A DNA stretch of 64,000 nt, taken from assembly GCA_016748015.1 (NCBI GenBank), contig JAAOMT010000672.1, positions 257,094 to 321,093 on the forward strand, in the 5' to 3' direction. A model generated the notes under the pieces. It was not told the origin of the DNA. It saw only the letters and a list, made by a program, of their open reading frames with translations, and ran no database searches. The DNA is from Geosiphon pyriformis uo1 (taxonomy: Eukaryota > Fungi > Glomeromycota). Each line of letters starts with the position of its first letter. Positions within the stretch are counted from its first letter, which is position 1. This document shows, one piece after another, positions 50,336 to 64,000 of the stretch. Made by a program: the position numbers and the translations under genes.

Positions 50336-52567
50336 ATGGCCTTGAATCAAGAATCTATCAAATAAATTGATTTGCATTAAACTCTTGTTCCAGGTAGTAA
50401 ACCTCAGCGTAAATTTTATTTGAAGTTTGCTGCTCGAGATTCCTTTTCAAAAATGATTTCCATAAATGGTTTTTTCAAACATGAAACAAACAATTTAACT
50501 TTAATAATATACCCAACCACATTTTTGGGTACAATGTTTCAAGAACGGAACAATCTTACCATCAAAATATAGACGGAGATATTTTATTGAATACCAAAAT
50601 ATTCCGATATTCAATATATTTTGCAGTTTTATTAGATCAGTTAAAATCTTTTACCTCAAACCTCAACTGTAAAAATCCATATCAAATTATTAATCGTGCA
50701 AAAGTTATTGTTGCTATTGATGTAAATATTATATTCTTAAACTTCAAATTATAATTAAATTAATTAGATTTGAGAAAAGTTTCCAATGTTTCCTGATTTG
50801 ACTGAAATCTTTTTATTATTAAGCAACTGATAATATTTTTTCTCAAAAATCTCAAGAATTAAGTGAAGCAACGGCAGCAAGAAGGAATGGTACAATTTGG
50901 ATGGTATAAAAACAGTCTTTTCTTTGTAGTTCAATAACATTGTCCCCAATTATGACCATAAAAATCATCAAAATATCTGACTGGCTGTTTCATTCATTGT
51001 GATTTAAAGGGTGAGCGATCTCAATGGTATTTGAAGTAAATCAATTTTCGCTAAAACTCGTCTTATTATTGAATTAAATTTTTTTATATATTGGGTTTTT
51101 ATTTTATAGAAAGTATTTTAGTTTAGAATATTATATGGGCATGCAGAGTATTACGAAACATCCCAGAAAATCATGGAATACCCTAACTCTTTCATAGGTG
51201 CAGGAACATCTCAGAAGATTCCAGTTCCTTCATAGGGGCAGTCACATTTTAGTAGGAAATTTGTGAGTGTCCAAATATAAATGGAGGGACTGGTCGGGTC
51301 TGTCTTCAGCTCCTCAAGCAGATTAACACCAATTAACCGAATAAAAATTTCCTGTTCCATCCAGCCTCGCCTCGTTATAACAGAATAAGTGACTTTGAAA
51401 AGTAAAGCTTAATTTCTTTAAAAATTGATTTTCTTGCTTTCCTTGTGAATGTTTCTGTAAAATAATATTAAACTTTTTTTGGTCAATTAAATGTTCAGAA
51501 AAAAATTCTTTTGAATAAATAACTATTTATATATCTTTTTGTTTTGACATTTCAATTAAATATATTCATGTCTCCTTGAAATTTTTAGTCAATCTAGAAA
51601 TCGAGCGTAAATTGCGTAATACTTAAGTTCAATAAGCAAAATCCCAAATGTAGATATAAAATACCAAGAGTCAGAAAATCATGTTTATTATTAGAATTAG
51701 AACTTTGACCATCTTCTATTCAATTGGCTCCGAGTTCAATTTAAATTTGAAAATGTGTGATTTGTGCACAAACAAAAAAGTTGTGTTGAATAGTGTTTGG
51801 CTGAAGAAAAAAAAACCTCTATTTTAAGTAGTAAGATCGTTTGGATACATAATATTTCAAGGTTGTATAACACTAAAGCAAATAAGATCTTCTATCATTT
51901 GCCTATTGAATTGAATTCAAAAAATTCAGTTATTTTGAATGTCTCATATTTATACAATATTTTATTGACAACTAGCTTCGAAACAGCGACTTCTTTTCTT
52001 TTGAAATACAAGCTATAGGACATTCAGAATATACGACAACAGAAAAAATAATGTCAGTAGACAATTAAACGCTCTAGAGCTATTCATGGTAAACCAACCG
52101 CTGCAACTCCCACTACATGTACTTGCAGGAGTGTCAAGTCATCTATTTTTAAAAAAAACCTCCGTCAAATACACTAGCCCTTTTATGGAAATTATCATTC
52201 AGCCCTTATACAATTGCCACCACAGTCTTCTTTATCACTCTACGAAAAATAGGTTGCAACGGCCAGTATAGCTTCTAGAATTCAAAAAATTAGTCTGCAA
52301 TTGGCAATTTCTTCTTTTCCCAATACCATCGCTTTAGGAACTCAAGAAGCTTCGTCTTAATTAATTTCACTAGGATTAGTCATTTTGGATTCCTAATAAT
52401 GCTAAAACCTCATTAAAAACCTTGGAAATAAACATTAGACTCATAAATTATTTCTTTATTCTATCATTATTATATTTTTTTTGATTTTGTATTTCGAGTC
52501 AAATACTTTTTAAAATCTTATCGAGATCGAAAAATTCAAATTCAAATTTAAAATATTTAAAACCATC

Positions 52568-54397
52568 ATGCCCATACAAAAATTATTAAATTTGGCAATT
52601 CCCTGGCGTCAAACCGAACCAAATTCCCTATATACATTTAGAGCATGTTTCAGACTGTTTATCTTCTTTGGAATTATAGGTTATTTTGTGACTCTGCTAA
52701 TGAACGTGGCTAGTCAACCGAATCTTATTCAACAAGCACGCGAATATCCGGCAACTATCGTATCCCCTTGTAACCTATTTTAAGTTTTATTCCGAAGTTG
52801 ATTTAGTAATCTTCCTAAAAAAACTTTTTTCTCAAAATTAAATGTTAAAAATATCTTGAATATAGACGTACGCTTCGATTTTGCTCATGACTTTTCTCTT
52901 GACTGTGTATTCATATATACCAACCCATCAAGTATAATTCAACTTTTCTCAATCTATTTTGCTTTGATATTTCTTAATAATTTACTTATTTTCAATGGTA
53001 CCTTACTTAACCTTCATTTCACTATTCACCTCCCACTCCCTTTCAACATGTAGGATATCCAAATGACAAAGGGGGAAAATCGTGCAATCAATACCTTAGT
53101 CAGCCAAAGATAATTGACTCACCCAACGTGCATACTGGCTTTTACACTGGAAATGTGCCTTTCAGTGGACAAGGAACTCTTGGTTTACATCTGATTGATA
53201 TCCGAATCTTAGTCAATGAGCAAATAACATATGATGATCCGAAAAGTGGATATTTGAATTTAAATTTATATGATCCAGGTTTTTAGGGATTTTCCTTAAT
53301 TTTTGAAATGAAAAGTTGATGTAATAGTTTTAAATACCTTATTTTTCCCTCATGAATAGATCCAGAATATTCAAAAGTTGAATTAAAAGACACGAATACT
53401 TTGAATTCCCGTTTCATTGGGCCTCAACATGTAATGTCTCTATTTATCTGAATATTCAAGAAAATTTTCTTGCGTCAATTTTGAATTTTTAAATTCTCCA
53501 GATACAATTCATAAGATTCATGCGCTTTCGAAATGAGACAATTTTGCGAAATGATTGGCATAATGTCCTTGGGGTCCCACCAGCTCGTACGGACAAGAAT
53601 CATTATATGATTGCAAATTTTGGTAAATCAAAGAGACCAAAATATTCTACCTTCTTGCTATCTCATATATCTTTCATTGATTTGTGAAAATTTTATTCAC
53701 TTCCAAAACAGAAACTCTCCCTTTTGTAGCGGTCAATAATTCTGCAAAAAATTTATATGCCCGTATGGAAATTGGCCTGATGTCGACAGAGCTGAGTGTG
53801 ATTAAAGAAAGATCCAATAGCACGGTTAGTATTACATGAAAATCGTGTACAGATACTTCGTTTTATCTCTATCCGACTCGTTCTATTGGATGTAGATCTT
53901 GGGAATGCTAAGTGCACTTGGTGGTGCATTCACAATTGGAGCAGGAATTTATACTCTTTGTTTCGGTAAGGTTTAATTACCCAAACTTCTTAAGAAGTTT
54001 TCTAAAGCTTTTCTCAATCCAACAACATGATCACATATTATTGAAAAACCATTATCATAAATCCTCACTTCCCAATCAATCATAAGGAATCGAACTGAAA
54101 ACACCATGGGGTATTGCGCAGCGCATTCCAGGAATTAAAGGCACAGTCAGGAAAACATTAAACCAAGAGTTTGGACTTCACATACCTTTTGCAAAGCGAT
54201 CACCAATTGGAAAAACAATAAAAATGATGGGATCTACTGAAGAACGTATAGCGTTTCTGGAACACTATAATAACACTCTTGAAGAGCGACAGAATAATTT
54301 GGAATTGTTTTTGAAGGACTACATTGTTGATGTGAGATATTTGGAGAATATTAAGGAGCCTGAGGAGGAAAAAGAAGAGAAGCTGGGTACACTTTAA
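52568..54397 (+). CDS. Two-TM membrane protein with a large extracellular loop, uncharacterised fungal family; ~392 aa
   Basis: Eight exons: 52568-52769, 52866-52931, 53054-53278, 53360-53430, 53502-53622, 53712-53824, 53896-53965, 54087-54397 (1179 nt, in frame). TM1 is LFIFFGIIGYFVTLLM and TM2 is ILGMLSALGGAFTIGAGIYTLCFG, followed by PWGIAQ and a coiled-coil-like LEERQNNLELFLKDYIVD. Confidence 0.82.
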
Positions 54398-57300
54398 TAA
54401 ACTTGAGTCGAAGCTATTTTAATGATAACTAATAAAGGATTTTAATGAATATTAATTTTATAGAAAAATGCATTTTTTAGAATTTTTTTATGGAAAATTT
54501 GTTATACAAGCTCATGTAGAATATTTAATTTGAATTTCATAAATACAGTCTCAAAAAACACATTTTAGAGCCTCTAAAAATTTAAATCTTTTTATCAAAG
54601 TAATTAAGAGTTTTGGAAATATTACGAAACCAAAATTTCTTTCTTTAATTAATTAAAAAGGTTTATCAAAGAAGTTAGTTAATTTTAAAAATTATTGGTC
54701 ACCAACTTCATCACTTTTAAATAATGTTACTATTTTGATATTTCTCTTTTAAATTTAATTTTTCAATATTTTACTCAAAATGTATTCAATTTAACCAGCC
54801 TATTATATTTTTACTTCTCTTTGAAAGCACACAGTAAGAAAAATACAGACCACATTAAAAAATTGAAACTTTCAATTAATAAGATATTGATTCGCTTCTT
54901 GCTTTCTGACTTGAAACCCTCTCAATTTAAATTTCATTTATTAAGAGTCAAATTCTATATGAAACACTTGAAATTCTTTTTGTTAAACAATCAATTTGTC
55001 CAAACCAAAGACTAATAAATATTTTTTAAGATATAAAAGCAATTCGCGAGCTAAAATTTCGAAAAGGTTCCGGCTTTGATATTCAAATAGCAAAATTGAG
55101 TAGAAGCCTCGAAAACCAAATTTTCTAAGTAATTTATGCTAATCTTAATAATCACTAAAACTGTATCTAATACCGATGGATTGATAGTAGGTAGTACTAA
55201 TATCCTCCAAGCCCCCACTTTAATCTCTGTCCATCAGAGCCCCGCAATTCTGGCATTGGTACGATAACATTGACTCACCCTTGGTGATCAGACAGTAATG
55301 TGCTCAGCAGAGATTTTGTCGATTGTCTTTTGCGTATTTTTTCTCGCCATACGAATTTTCATTTCTGAAACCTAAATGTCAGAATAACGATTGCATCAAA
55401 CTCGCAAGCAAAAGACACAATCGCCCTTCTGTCATATATGCGAGAATGCATTTTCGAGTTGCCGAGCGCTGTATTTCTTATACTTTGAAGTAGAGATGGC
55501 TGGTTTCCCTTTTTTTCAAATGAAATTATTCGGGTGAAAAATTCGTCCGATGTGGCCGAAGCCTATTTTATCCACACTTTTTTAAAGAGGAAATGCCAAA
55601 TAAAAAATATACAAAATCCAGAATCAATAAAGACTGCATGAATAGAGTTGTCTGGTTGGATTTCGCAGACTTTTCATTGCTAAGAAAACGTTTATTTATT
55701 GGTTTTTTGAGAATATTCAAGTTCCCCTCAGATGTAATTTTGTGCGGATAAGGCCATTTTATTGTTTCTGCACTGAGTTTCGAAGTATAAGGTCACAGTA
55801 TGGATTTATTTTTATTATAAAAAAAAATTAAATCTTTATGTTAGCATAAATTGAAAAAGTGCAAAAACATGAGATATAAAAATATGGCAAAAAATTCTGA
55901 TAATAGTTTGATCCAATGACTTACACAAATGGGAAGAAAGATAATTTTATTTCGTGCTCTGAGGATCTGATCAAGTGATTAAAAAATTATCAAAAACATG
56001 TTTTTGTTGAAACGCCATAGGCATCAACCATTTTTTCTGTGATGGTATTATCGTTCAACGCAATAAAATGTCCTTTTTTTCACTACTACGGCATTAAAGG
56101 TATATCTCTCCAACCCCATCATAACTTTAAAAGCTGTTTTTGAGCAATACACATTGACAATTGAGAGTTTCTGCCGAGTGTTGTTACTTGTTATGCTTTT
56201 ATCTTGCGCTTCTTGCTTGTTGTGGCGTTCTCTTCTGCTCGCCATCCTTGCATTCTGCAGATGAAGGCAAGTTTGTTGGTAAAAGTATCTTGGGAAATTT
56301 TATTCTTGTCAGAGATTTTATCGTCAAAAGGATTCATTAGTTTTGCAGACCACTCCACGACTTGCTCATTCTAATAGAGTGTTAAGTCTTGGTCGTTTGA
56401 AGTTGACACCTGAGTTAATATCGTGGAGCTTTTTTTGTTGCTCGAGATTCTTGTTTTGCTTGGGAGAGCCACAAAGGGTAGAAGTAAACTTTTTTTGGTA
56501 GTGTAGGTCGTGAGGGTGGGGGTGGCGTGATAATGGCTGCATACATGAAATTTGAACCCTTATGTGCGTTGCTAAGTAGTTTGATTGATAAGCAAAAAAA
56601 TTAACTTCACCGAGCGTCATCCACTGACACCTTTTACTGTAATATTTTGATTGATTTTAAACTTGTAGGAATAAAGAAAAGAATCTTATGATGTCATAAC
56701 GCATCAGCATTTTTAATGATCTTGAATTTTTGTGAAATATTTTGGCTAGTAAATTATAATGATTGGGTTTTTATTTATTATTAATTAGCGGTCTTTAGAC
56801 TAATTATGAAGGCACCAATTATTGTTGATGCAAAAAAATGTGCCCGAATTTATTTACATAATTTTTGAGTGCAACTCTAAATTAGTTAGATAATATAGTT
56901 GAATTTTCTCACTCTAAAATTTCAAATCTGTAACTTCAAACTGAAGATTATAGTGACTTCTAGGGTATTTCAATTTTAAAAGCTTGAAATGTGACATATT
57001 AATGTAATAGATAATATTATCTTGGAATGTGTACAATATATATTCATGGCTGCGATATGAATCTTGGATATTAAAAGAGGTTTTTCAAATCCTACTAATA
57101 TAAAGAATGGAGAATTCTATGATTTCTAACTGCATCATAGATTAAATTTTGAAGCCATCATATTATTTATTTCCAAAATAAATAAATGTTTAAGTTTGTT
57201 AATGTTAATGATCTATTTTTTAAAAGTGGCTTCTCTTGGACTTTCCCTATAATTTAACCTCATTACAAAGTGCTTTCGATATAATGAATATTCGGGATTT

Positions 57301-58072
57301 AAATTCATAAATTATTCTTCAGTGAATGGCAATTCTTAATGATCAATCAATCAATCAATCTATCTATCTATCTCAAACAAATAACACATGTCTATTTCTC
57401 TTATTTAATAAATCTTTTCAAAATTTCAAACGAAGAAATTACTTTTTCTCTAGATAAAATATTACGCGGATAAATAAACATTTGTTCTATGCAATGTGTT
57501 TTTCAAAGGATCATACAAAAGTACTTCACTGACAATAAAGTAAGCCTGGTTTATAAAGTTTATTGTGTAAAACTGTGTCTTAGATTATTGTATTGATGAA
57601 ACCCAATTTTCGATTTACCCAATTACCCTTGAAAGATTACCATGTGCGACTCATTCCCAACGCGGAAATTCCATGGATGTGTTACACGACGGGGAATTAT
57701 TATACAACGTAAATTTCAAATTATGTCAATCAAGAATCTACTTTCCATGTAAATACGCATTATGGCCTCTAATTTGGGTATATATCCCAGCACATGCTGA
57801 GGATCACGATTCCAGTGAATAAAGCTCTCTATTAAAAACGCCCAATAATATTTGCAGAAAACCATTCTTGAATCTTTGATTGGACAAAAATTTGGTTTTG
57901 GTGGTCAACGTGTTGTTCAACATCCAATGATTGGATCTCTTAATGCATGATTGGGGGATCTTGCAGTTTAACCAATAAAATGTGAGTCCAATGAATTTGT
58001 GTCACTAATAGAGATATTTAGTCTTGAACTCGACTTTTTTGAAAGGCCAAGTTGTTTTTCAAAAAAAAAAAG

Positions 58073-58984
58073 ATGTCTAAATTTCCATTTCCCGTTGAAA
58101 TCTTATCACAAATTTTAGAAAATCTACAAGATAACTCACAAAGTTTGTTTAACTGCCTTTTAACAAATCAAACATTTTGTCATTTTGCTTTGGGAATTTT
58201 ATGGCGAAATCCAATTGACTCGGCTTCGGCTAATTTTCACGCCCCTATTCAATTAAGTCCTAAATCAGCAAGACTTATTGATGCCTATCTTCTGTGTTTG
58301 GAGAGTGAAGATAAAGCAAAAATAAATTCATTACATTCGAGAATAAAGGTCCCTTCAGCGAAACCATTGTTTAATTATCCTCAATATCTAAGGACTTTGA
58401 ATATCCAAAAACTCTACGATCTGCTTTGCGCTGGGCTAGGTCACAAGATATCATTAGGAGGATTTAGAGAATGTACCATGGTGCGTTCTATGCTAGTCAA
58501 ATTGTTTATGAAAAATTCAGTACGTTTAAACCATTTGAGTATTAGATCCAATGCAAATGAAACTGGAAAATCATCTTTTTCTGAAGTTTTTGCCTTCTCA
58601 GCTGGTTGTTCAATTAGAAATCTTCAAACAATTCAATATCGACAATTAGTTTCTCCTAATGAGGAAGAAAAGAATGAACAGGCACATCATGTTTCTAGTT
58701 TAATCTCTTTACAAAAAGGTCTTTTAAAATTTCATGGGATCAAATTATCAACTACACAGTTAGAAATTCTTTTTGAAGGATTAGTTTTCCAGTCTGAGAC
58801 AATGCGGGAATTAGTTTTTGAAAGGTGTAACTTTGATGGTTTTATGTGGTTAAAGTATGAGTACGTTTTTGAGAATGTCGATAGAATTAGATTTACTGAT
58901 TGCTCTTCAGTAATTGAAGGAAGTGTTCCGTTAAAAAAGGAAATCAAAAATTTTTTTGAGCATAGAAGCATTATTGTTTCATAA
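58073..58984 (+). CDS. F-box protein, ~303 aa
   Basis: FPVEILSQILENL...SLFNCLLTNQTFCHFALGILWRNP and PLFNYPQYLRTL; same family as 18667-20163. ATG at 58073 (the track starts at an upstream TTG). Confidence 0.85.
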   Translation: MSKFPFPVEILSQILENLQDNSQSLFNCLLTNQTFCHFALGILWRNPIDSASANFHAPIQLSPKSARLIDAYLLCLESEDKAKINSLHSRIKVPSAKPLFNYPQYLRTLNIQKLYDLLCAGLGHKISLGGFRECTMVRSMLVKLFMKNSVRLNHLSIRSNANETGKSSFSEVFAFSAGCSIRNLQTIQYRQLVSPNEEEKNEQAHHVSSLISLQKGLLKFHGIKLSTTQLEILFEGLVFQSETMRELVFERCNFDGFMWLKYEYVFENVDRIRFTDCSSVIEGSVPLKKEIKNFFEHRSIIVS

Positions 58985-59243
58985 AAAATATTAAATTTTT
59001 ATTGTAGAAAACCAAATAAAAAGTATAAACTTATCGTGTGTGAATTTGTGAGAGCATTATTGGAGAGCATTATTAAGGAGAGTATTAGCCAAATAGTTTT
59101 ACAATACTGTTAGTGTGATTATACTTTTCAAAGTCTTTGAAAGTAAAGATAATTTTTGAGCACAAAAATCTTGCTGAATAAAGTCAACGAAAATCCTCAG
59201 AATGATGAATTGTTTAAAGTCGGAAACACAAGCTTCAAACTTA

Positions 59244-59694
59244 NNNNNNNNNNNNNNNNNNNNNNNNNNNNNNNNNNNNNNNNNNNNNNNNNNNNNNNNN
59301 NNNNNNNNNNNNNNNNNNNNNNNNNNNNNNNNNNNNNNNNNNNNNNNNNNNNNNNNNNNNNNNNNNNNNNNNNNNNNNNNNNNNNNNNNNNNNNNNNNNN
59401 NNNNNNNNNNNNNNNNNNNNNNNNNNNNNNNNNNNNNNNNNNNNNNNNNNNNNNNNNNNNNNNNNNNNNNNNNNNNNNNNNNNNNNNNNNNNNNNNNNNN
59501 NNNNNNNNNNNNNNNNNNNNNNNNNNNNNNNNNNNNNNNNNNNNNNNNNNNNNNNNNNNNNNNNNNNNNNNNNNNNNNNNNNNNNNNNNNNNNNNNNNNN
59601 NNNNNNNNNNNNNNNNNNNNNNNNNNNNNNNNNNNNNNNNNNNNNNNNNNNNNNNNNNNNNNNNNNNNNNNNNNNNNNNNNNNNNNNNNNNNNN
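59244..59694. other. Assembly gap (451 N)
   Basis: Run of N. Confidence 1.
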
Positions 59695-60716
59695 TTTCAA
59701 AAACTCGGTTCACCGCCCTTTTTTTTTGAATACAAAATCACAGATAATAACCTACTTTGACAACGACGCTGAAAATAGTTTTTTTTTTTTCAAAAAATTA
59801 GCCAGTTTTCTCACGAGTTATTAAATCATAGGATTCATAATAAGCCTTTCCAAATGTATATGTATTCTTGCGGTAAGATGGGGCAAAGGTAAATTTCTCC
59901 ATATGGCTTATCTATAGAAGCGAAAATGTGGAATCAACGATTTTATTGAGGATGAAATAATTGACAAGAAAATTTTATCATTTGAAAAAAAAAGAGGGAC
60001 CACTAGTTTAGTTTCTTAAATTCCTAAACTGGGTATTTTAATTTACAAAAATTATGTCATAATATATATCATCCGATCGTAAGAGTGATGCAAAAGTGAG
60101 CTCACGCGCGTTTTTCACCCGATAAATTAAAAAGTCCATAATATTAGGCTCGCGTGAACCGATTTTGTTTTATATTATTTTTGTTTCTGAACAAAATAAT
60201 GCAAAGCACAACAGCAAATTCCTCCGGGTTTCGCTTTACTGGATCAAGGAGTTTTTGTTTGGCGGGAATTTTCTTGCCTTAGAATATGCTTTTTTGTAAT
60301 GACAAAACTGATCATCACCTCGGTATTGATCAGTTGATGATGATGATGCATGAAGTCCGATTTACTTATTGCATGAGTTTCTTGTTCTCCTTTGTTCCGA
60401 GCTTAACTTTTCAAGCTCATACATGGCACATAAAACCGTTTCGTCCCACAAGGACTCAGCCAAATTCTTTTTTCATTTGCCGAAGGCATTTATTCAATTC
60501 TTTGACCACTTTTTCATAAAATCGCAAATTTTTATTGTTAATCCTAATTTTTGTCCTGTAAGTTTTTTGTATTTATTCCCTTTGAAACTCCTTTTTCACA
60601 AGCCGGGTTAAAGAAAATCCTTATCATTAAATCGCCACAACCTTATTATCTTGAAGTAATTATTTAATAATATTTAACCTAATAAATAAATTACTAAGAA
60701 ACGTATCATAAAAATC

Positions 60717-61559
60717 ATGAGCGGAATTGGAAAAAATATTGCGAAAAAAGTGTTAAAACATGCTATCAAAAGTACATTATCTAGCAGTAACGAACCACAG
60801 GGACAGCAAAAACAAAGTGGTGAGCCAAACCCTCAACCACAATCACCTGTCGGTGCAGGAACATCACAACCGAATAAACCACAACAAAATAATCCACGAC
60901 CAAACAAGCAAAATACTATTAAGAAAAAGACGAACAAGTTTAACCTTCCACCTGGTTTAACTAAGCAAGAGGCCAAAATTTTAAAAACTGTAAAGAGACG
61001 TGCTGCAAGATATGATGAAGGTTTTTGTTCATGTTGTGGTATTAAACTGGGACTTGAACCACTGTTAGGTATGTCAAGAATGATTTATTTTTAATGGCAG
61101 AAGATTCTTGGACTTACTAAATTTCCTTACTTTCATTTTAGGTTTAATTCCGGTTATTGGAGATTTTATGGGTAGTTTTCTTGCACTTTTGCTCATAAGA
61201 ACGGCTAAGCAAGTTGGAGATTTACCCACAAGTTTAATCTATCAAATGATGATGAATGTTCTCATCGATTTAGTGGTAACTATTTGACTTCCCAGTTTTC
61301 TCTGTTTATTCTTTTTTATTCACTCAATTAACACTATTTTGGAATCTAGTTAGGACTAGTACCCATTGTAGGTGATCTCGCTGACTTTGTATTCAAATGT
61401 AACTCACGTAATGCAGCACTATTGCATGAGTTTCTTGAAGATCGTGCCAAGAACCGATCCCTAGTACTAGAGCAAGGATCCGTGGAAATTCTCGAAAGAT
61501 ATCAGCAACCTGCTAATGAAGAAGCTCATATATTAGATGGTAACATAGCAAGTTCATGA
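60717..61559 (+). CDS. DUF4112-family membrane protein, ~231 aa
   Basis: Exons 60717-61068, 61142-61275 and 61350-61559. Motifs: KRRAARYDEGF..CGIKLGLEPLLGLIPVIGD and GLVPIVGDLADFVFKCNSRNAALL. Gln/Pro/Asn-rich N-terminus. Confidence 0.88.
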
Positions 61560-62041
61560 TTTGGGTCAATCATAGTGGTTAATTTTATGAGGATTTTTCT
61601 TTAGATTAATGAACAATCAAAATTTCTAAAAACTTGCAATTGGCTCAAAAGAATTGTACTCGAAAAAGAAAATTAATTTTTGAAAAGGAGAATTGAATGT
61701 ATTTAAAATAAGAACTAATCCAAGATATTGAAAAGAAATAAAAGAAGAATGATTTCAACGATTCTATGAATTTCCAATACCAATATTTTGAAGAAAAATT
61801 CGACAGAAAATAAATTTCTTTTTCATGCAATACTATTTTATAATTAAATTTTTATTGAATTGCCTATCTAGTTTTATAGCTTTCAAAAATACTGAACCGA
61901 TATTTTCTAATCTTATTTTGTGGTAATATTGTAAAAGCTTTTTAAAATCACTTTTCAAAACTTCTAAAATATACGTTAATTAAACTTTTAGAACTATTCA
62001 GATGGATTGTAACACATAAATAATAGACAATCCTATTATTT

Positions 62042-62240
62042 CCTGCTGCATCAAGCAATTCCCGGAGGAAGATCCCCCGACCGCCGTTTTCATCTCTATC
62101 ATTATCGCACAATTTCGGCAGTTGTACACTTTGGCGATTCTTTGAAAAATTCTCAGATGCTGATACCGCCATCACTACTAGTGAAAAGTGAAAAGAGAAT
62201 TTTGAGTGAGAAAAGCAACTCCTCTCGATTTCCAACCTAT
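62042..62240 (+). pseudogene. Possible HMG-box (MATA_HMG-like) pseudogene fragment
   Basis: The frame reads RRKIPRPP...KFSDADTAITTSEK*KENFE*EKQ. The first stop (TGA, 62189-62191) sits at about the spacing of the conserved HMG Trp. Confidence 0.3.
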
Positions 62241-63619
62241 GAACTCCTCTGCGATATTAGTATCAATTTCAAACGATCGGGACTTAAGACCCTATTGCAA
62301 TGAACAAGGAAAAAGCGCAAGGGATAAAGCGACAGCAGCTTGTTGCAAACATTAGAAGATGGAAGACACTCCCAACGATACACTATTAGTCAAGGTGTAT
62401 CTGACCCATCCTCAAAAATAGGTCTTGAAGCAGTGGATGGGCTTTTATAACAAAATTCCCATATTGGTTAGTCACAACAGGCTTGGGTAAAGCCTCAATC
62501 CATCAAAAATAAATAAAAGTTTTACACAGACCCTTGTTGATTCTTGTTTAGCTCAGAAAAGAGGGAGGTGGTAAGAGAAGAAGATGATATCTATTTTCGC
62601 GATTTTGGACCTGATAACCATTACTAAATAGGAATACTCAAAGTTTAGATAATGACAATATAGAGGCTATCGATTCTAGTAAGATTTTTTTGATTTAGAG
62701 AAGTGTATAATAACCAATGGAGATTATTTACCTAATAAAAAAAAATATATTCTATATTGGTAAAATTTGTCTGAATAGTAAATTTTAGATCCTAAATTCT
62801 AGATTCATAAAATTTTCAATTTTCCATGAAAACTTAATTTGAATATTGATGTATTTATATTTATTTTATTCCAACATCATTTGTTCTATTTCACCTATAA
62901 AAACAACAACAAAAGAAAATCTCTTACTATTTCCCTTTAATTTCTATAAATAACTATATGTTTTTCTCCTGTTCCTTCCAGCCTTTTTTAGTGATTTCCA
63001 AAGATACGAAAGTTTATCACTGGAATAAAACGTCTGTAACTAAAATTTTGCCAAATAATCTTTTCAATAGGCCTTGGCATTGGATAGAATGTTCCCTTTG
63101 AGTTCTTTATTATTTCTAAGAATAAATGAAAGAATATTGAATTTCAATAAAAATTAATAGTTAAATATCAATGGCATTTTTTCAATTGTTAGTCTTAAGA
63201 TTTGAGTTCAATTTCTTAACCAATAATTCTATGACCGATTGCAAAAGGGTTTTTGAATTCACTAATATTAATTTAATTACCTTACAAAATTTATATTTTA
63301 TAATGATATTTAATACTTGAAAAAAAAAATATATATATAAAAATCTTTCATTGTAAATTTCTAAATTCATTTCTGAGAAAAATTTATAAATGTATTCAAA
63401 TGAAATATACAAAATAAATCAATTAGTTTAAAAGTTAAGTCTTTTATAGAAAAAAACTCAAAGGTCCAATTTTGCTTACTAAGTTGCTTGAAAAATTATT
63501 TTTTTTAAAAATTATTTGATAATATAGTTTAAATTAATTGTATTGAAAATATTGTAATCTTTATTATAAGTCATAAAGCTGAATATATTAATTTGAGATT
63601 TTTTCAATTATGCCAAGAA

Positions 63620-63655
<36 letters not shown>

Positions 63656-64000
63656 TTCAAAAGTATAATATTCATTGCCCTCACAGCAAGATTTATTATT
63701 AATATAAATAAAAATATTATTAATAAAAAGACTAATTTTATTTTTTGAAAAATCCATAATTCAAAGAAACTTGATAGAAAATTGTTCATTCTTCTAAAAT
63801 TAGTATACTTGACATTAAATCTTTTTTTATTTAAAATTCTTGTTTGCAAATTTTCTATGGTGTTTACAATATCGAAAAGGATTGTAAAGTTTTTGATTGT
63901 AACCATCTTTTAAAAACTATCTCAAGCGATAAAAAGTTCAGTATCTTTTGATGTCACAATATAAAATTTTCACTCCAAAGACTTCACGTGAAATTCCGCG

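Noticed and set aside
51130-51400. Minus-strand coding-like stretch MEQEIFIRLIGVNLLEELK... with an internal stop
   Set aside because: Short, with no recognisable motif or gene structure.
56048-56620. Two minus-strand ORFs (65 and 84 aa) in a moderately GC-rich patch
   Set aside because: No motif and no consistent splice model; possibly a relic.
59099-59824. Four long ORFs in the track
   Set aside because: Artefacts of translating through the N gap.

Overview
AT-rich, intron-containing eukaryotic DNA, most likely from an early-diverging fungus. A Glomeromycotina-like origin is inferred from the intronless F-box/RNI-like genes, the 2-TM membrane protein family and the very AT-rich decayed repeats. 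I reconstructed 12 protein-coding genes by hand; 10 are spliced with GT-AG introns whose phases close correctly. The main feature is the left ~30 kb. It holds three paralogous class II terpene cyclases (copalyl-diphosphate-synthase-like) that share one gene structure, with a 50-nt middle exon, and they flank a complete 8-exon cytochrome P450. The cyclases are beta-gamma didomain proteins with no class I alpha domain and resemble bacterial enzymes more than fungal CPS/KS. One copy (27033-29441) has an intact DVDD catalytic motif. The other two have SVDE and NIDE but keep the general-acid Asp and the NxH His. This looks like a candidate (di)terpenoid biosynthetic gene cluster. The rest of the window has two F-box genes, a secreted class 3 lipase, a single-C2-domain protein, a dual-specificity phosphatase, a Git3/cAMP-receptor-like GPCR, a 2-TM protein, a DUF4112 protein, decayed transposon relics, two perfect inverted repeats, microsatellites and a 451-N gap. 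All assignments come from motif recognition; no searches were run.
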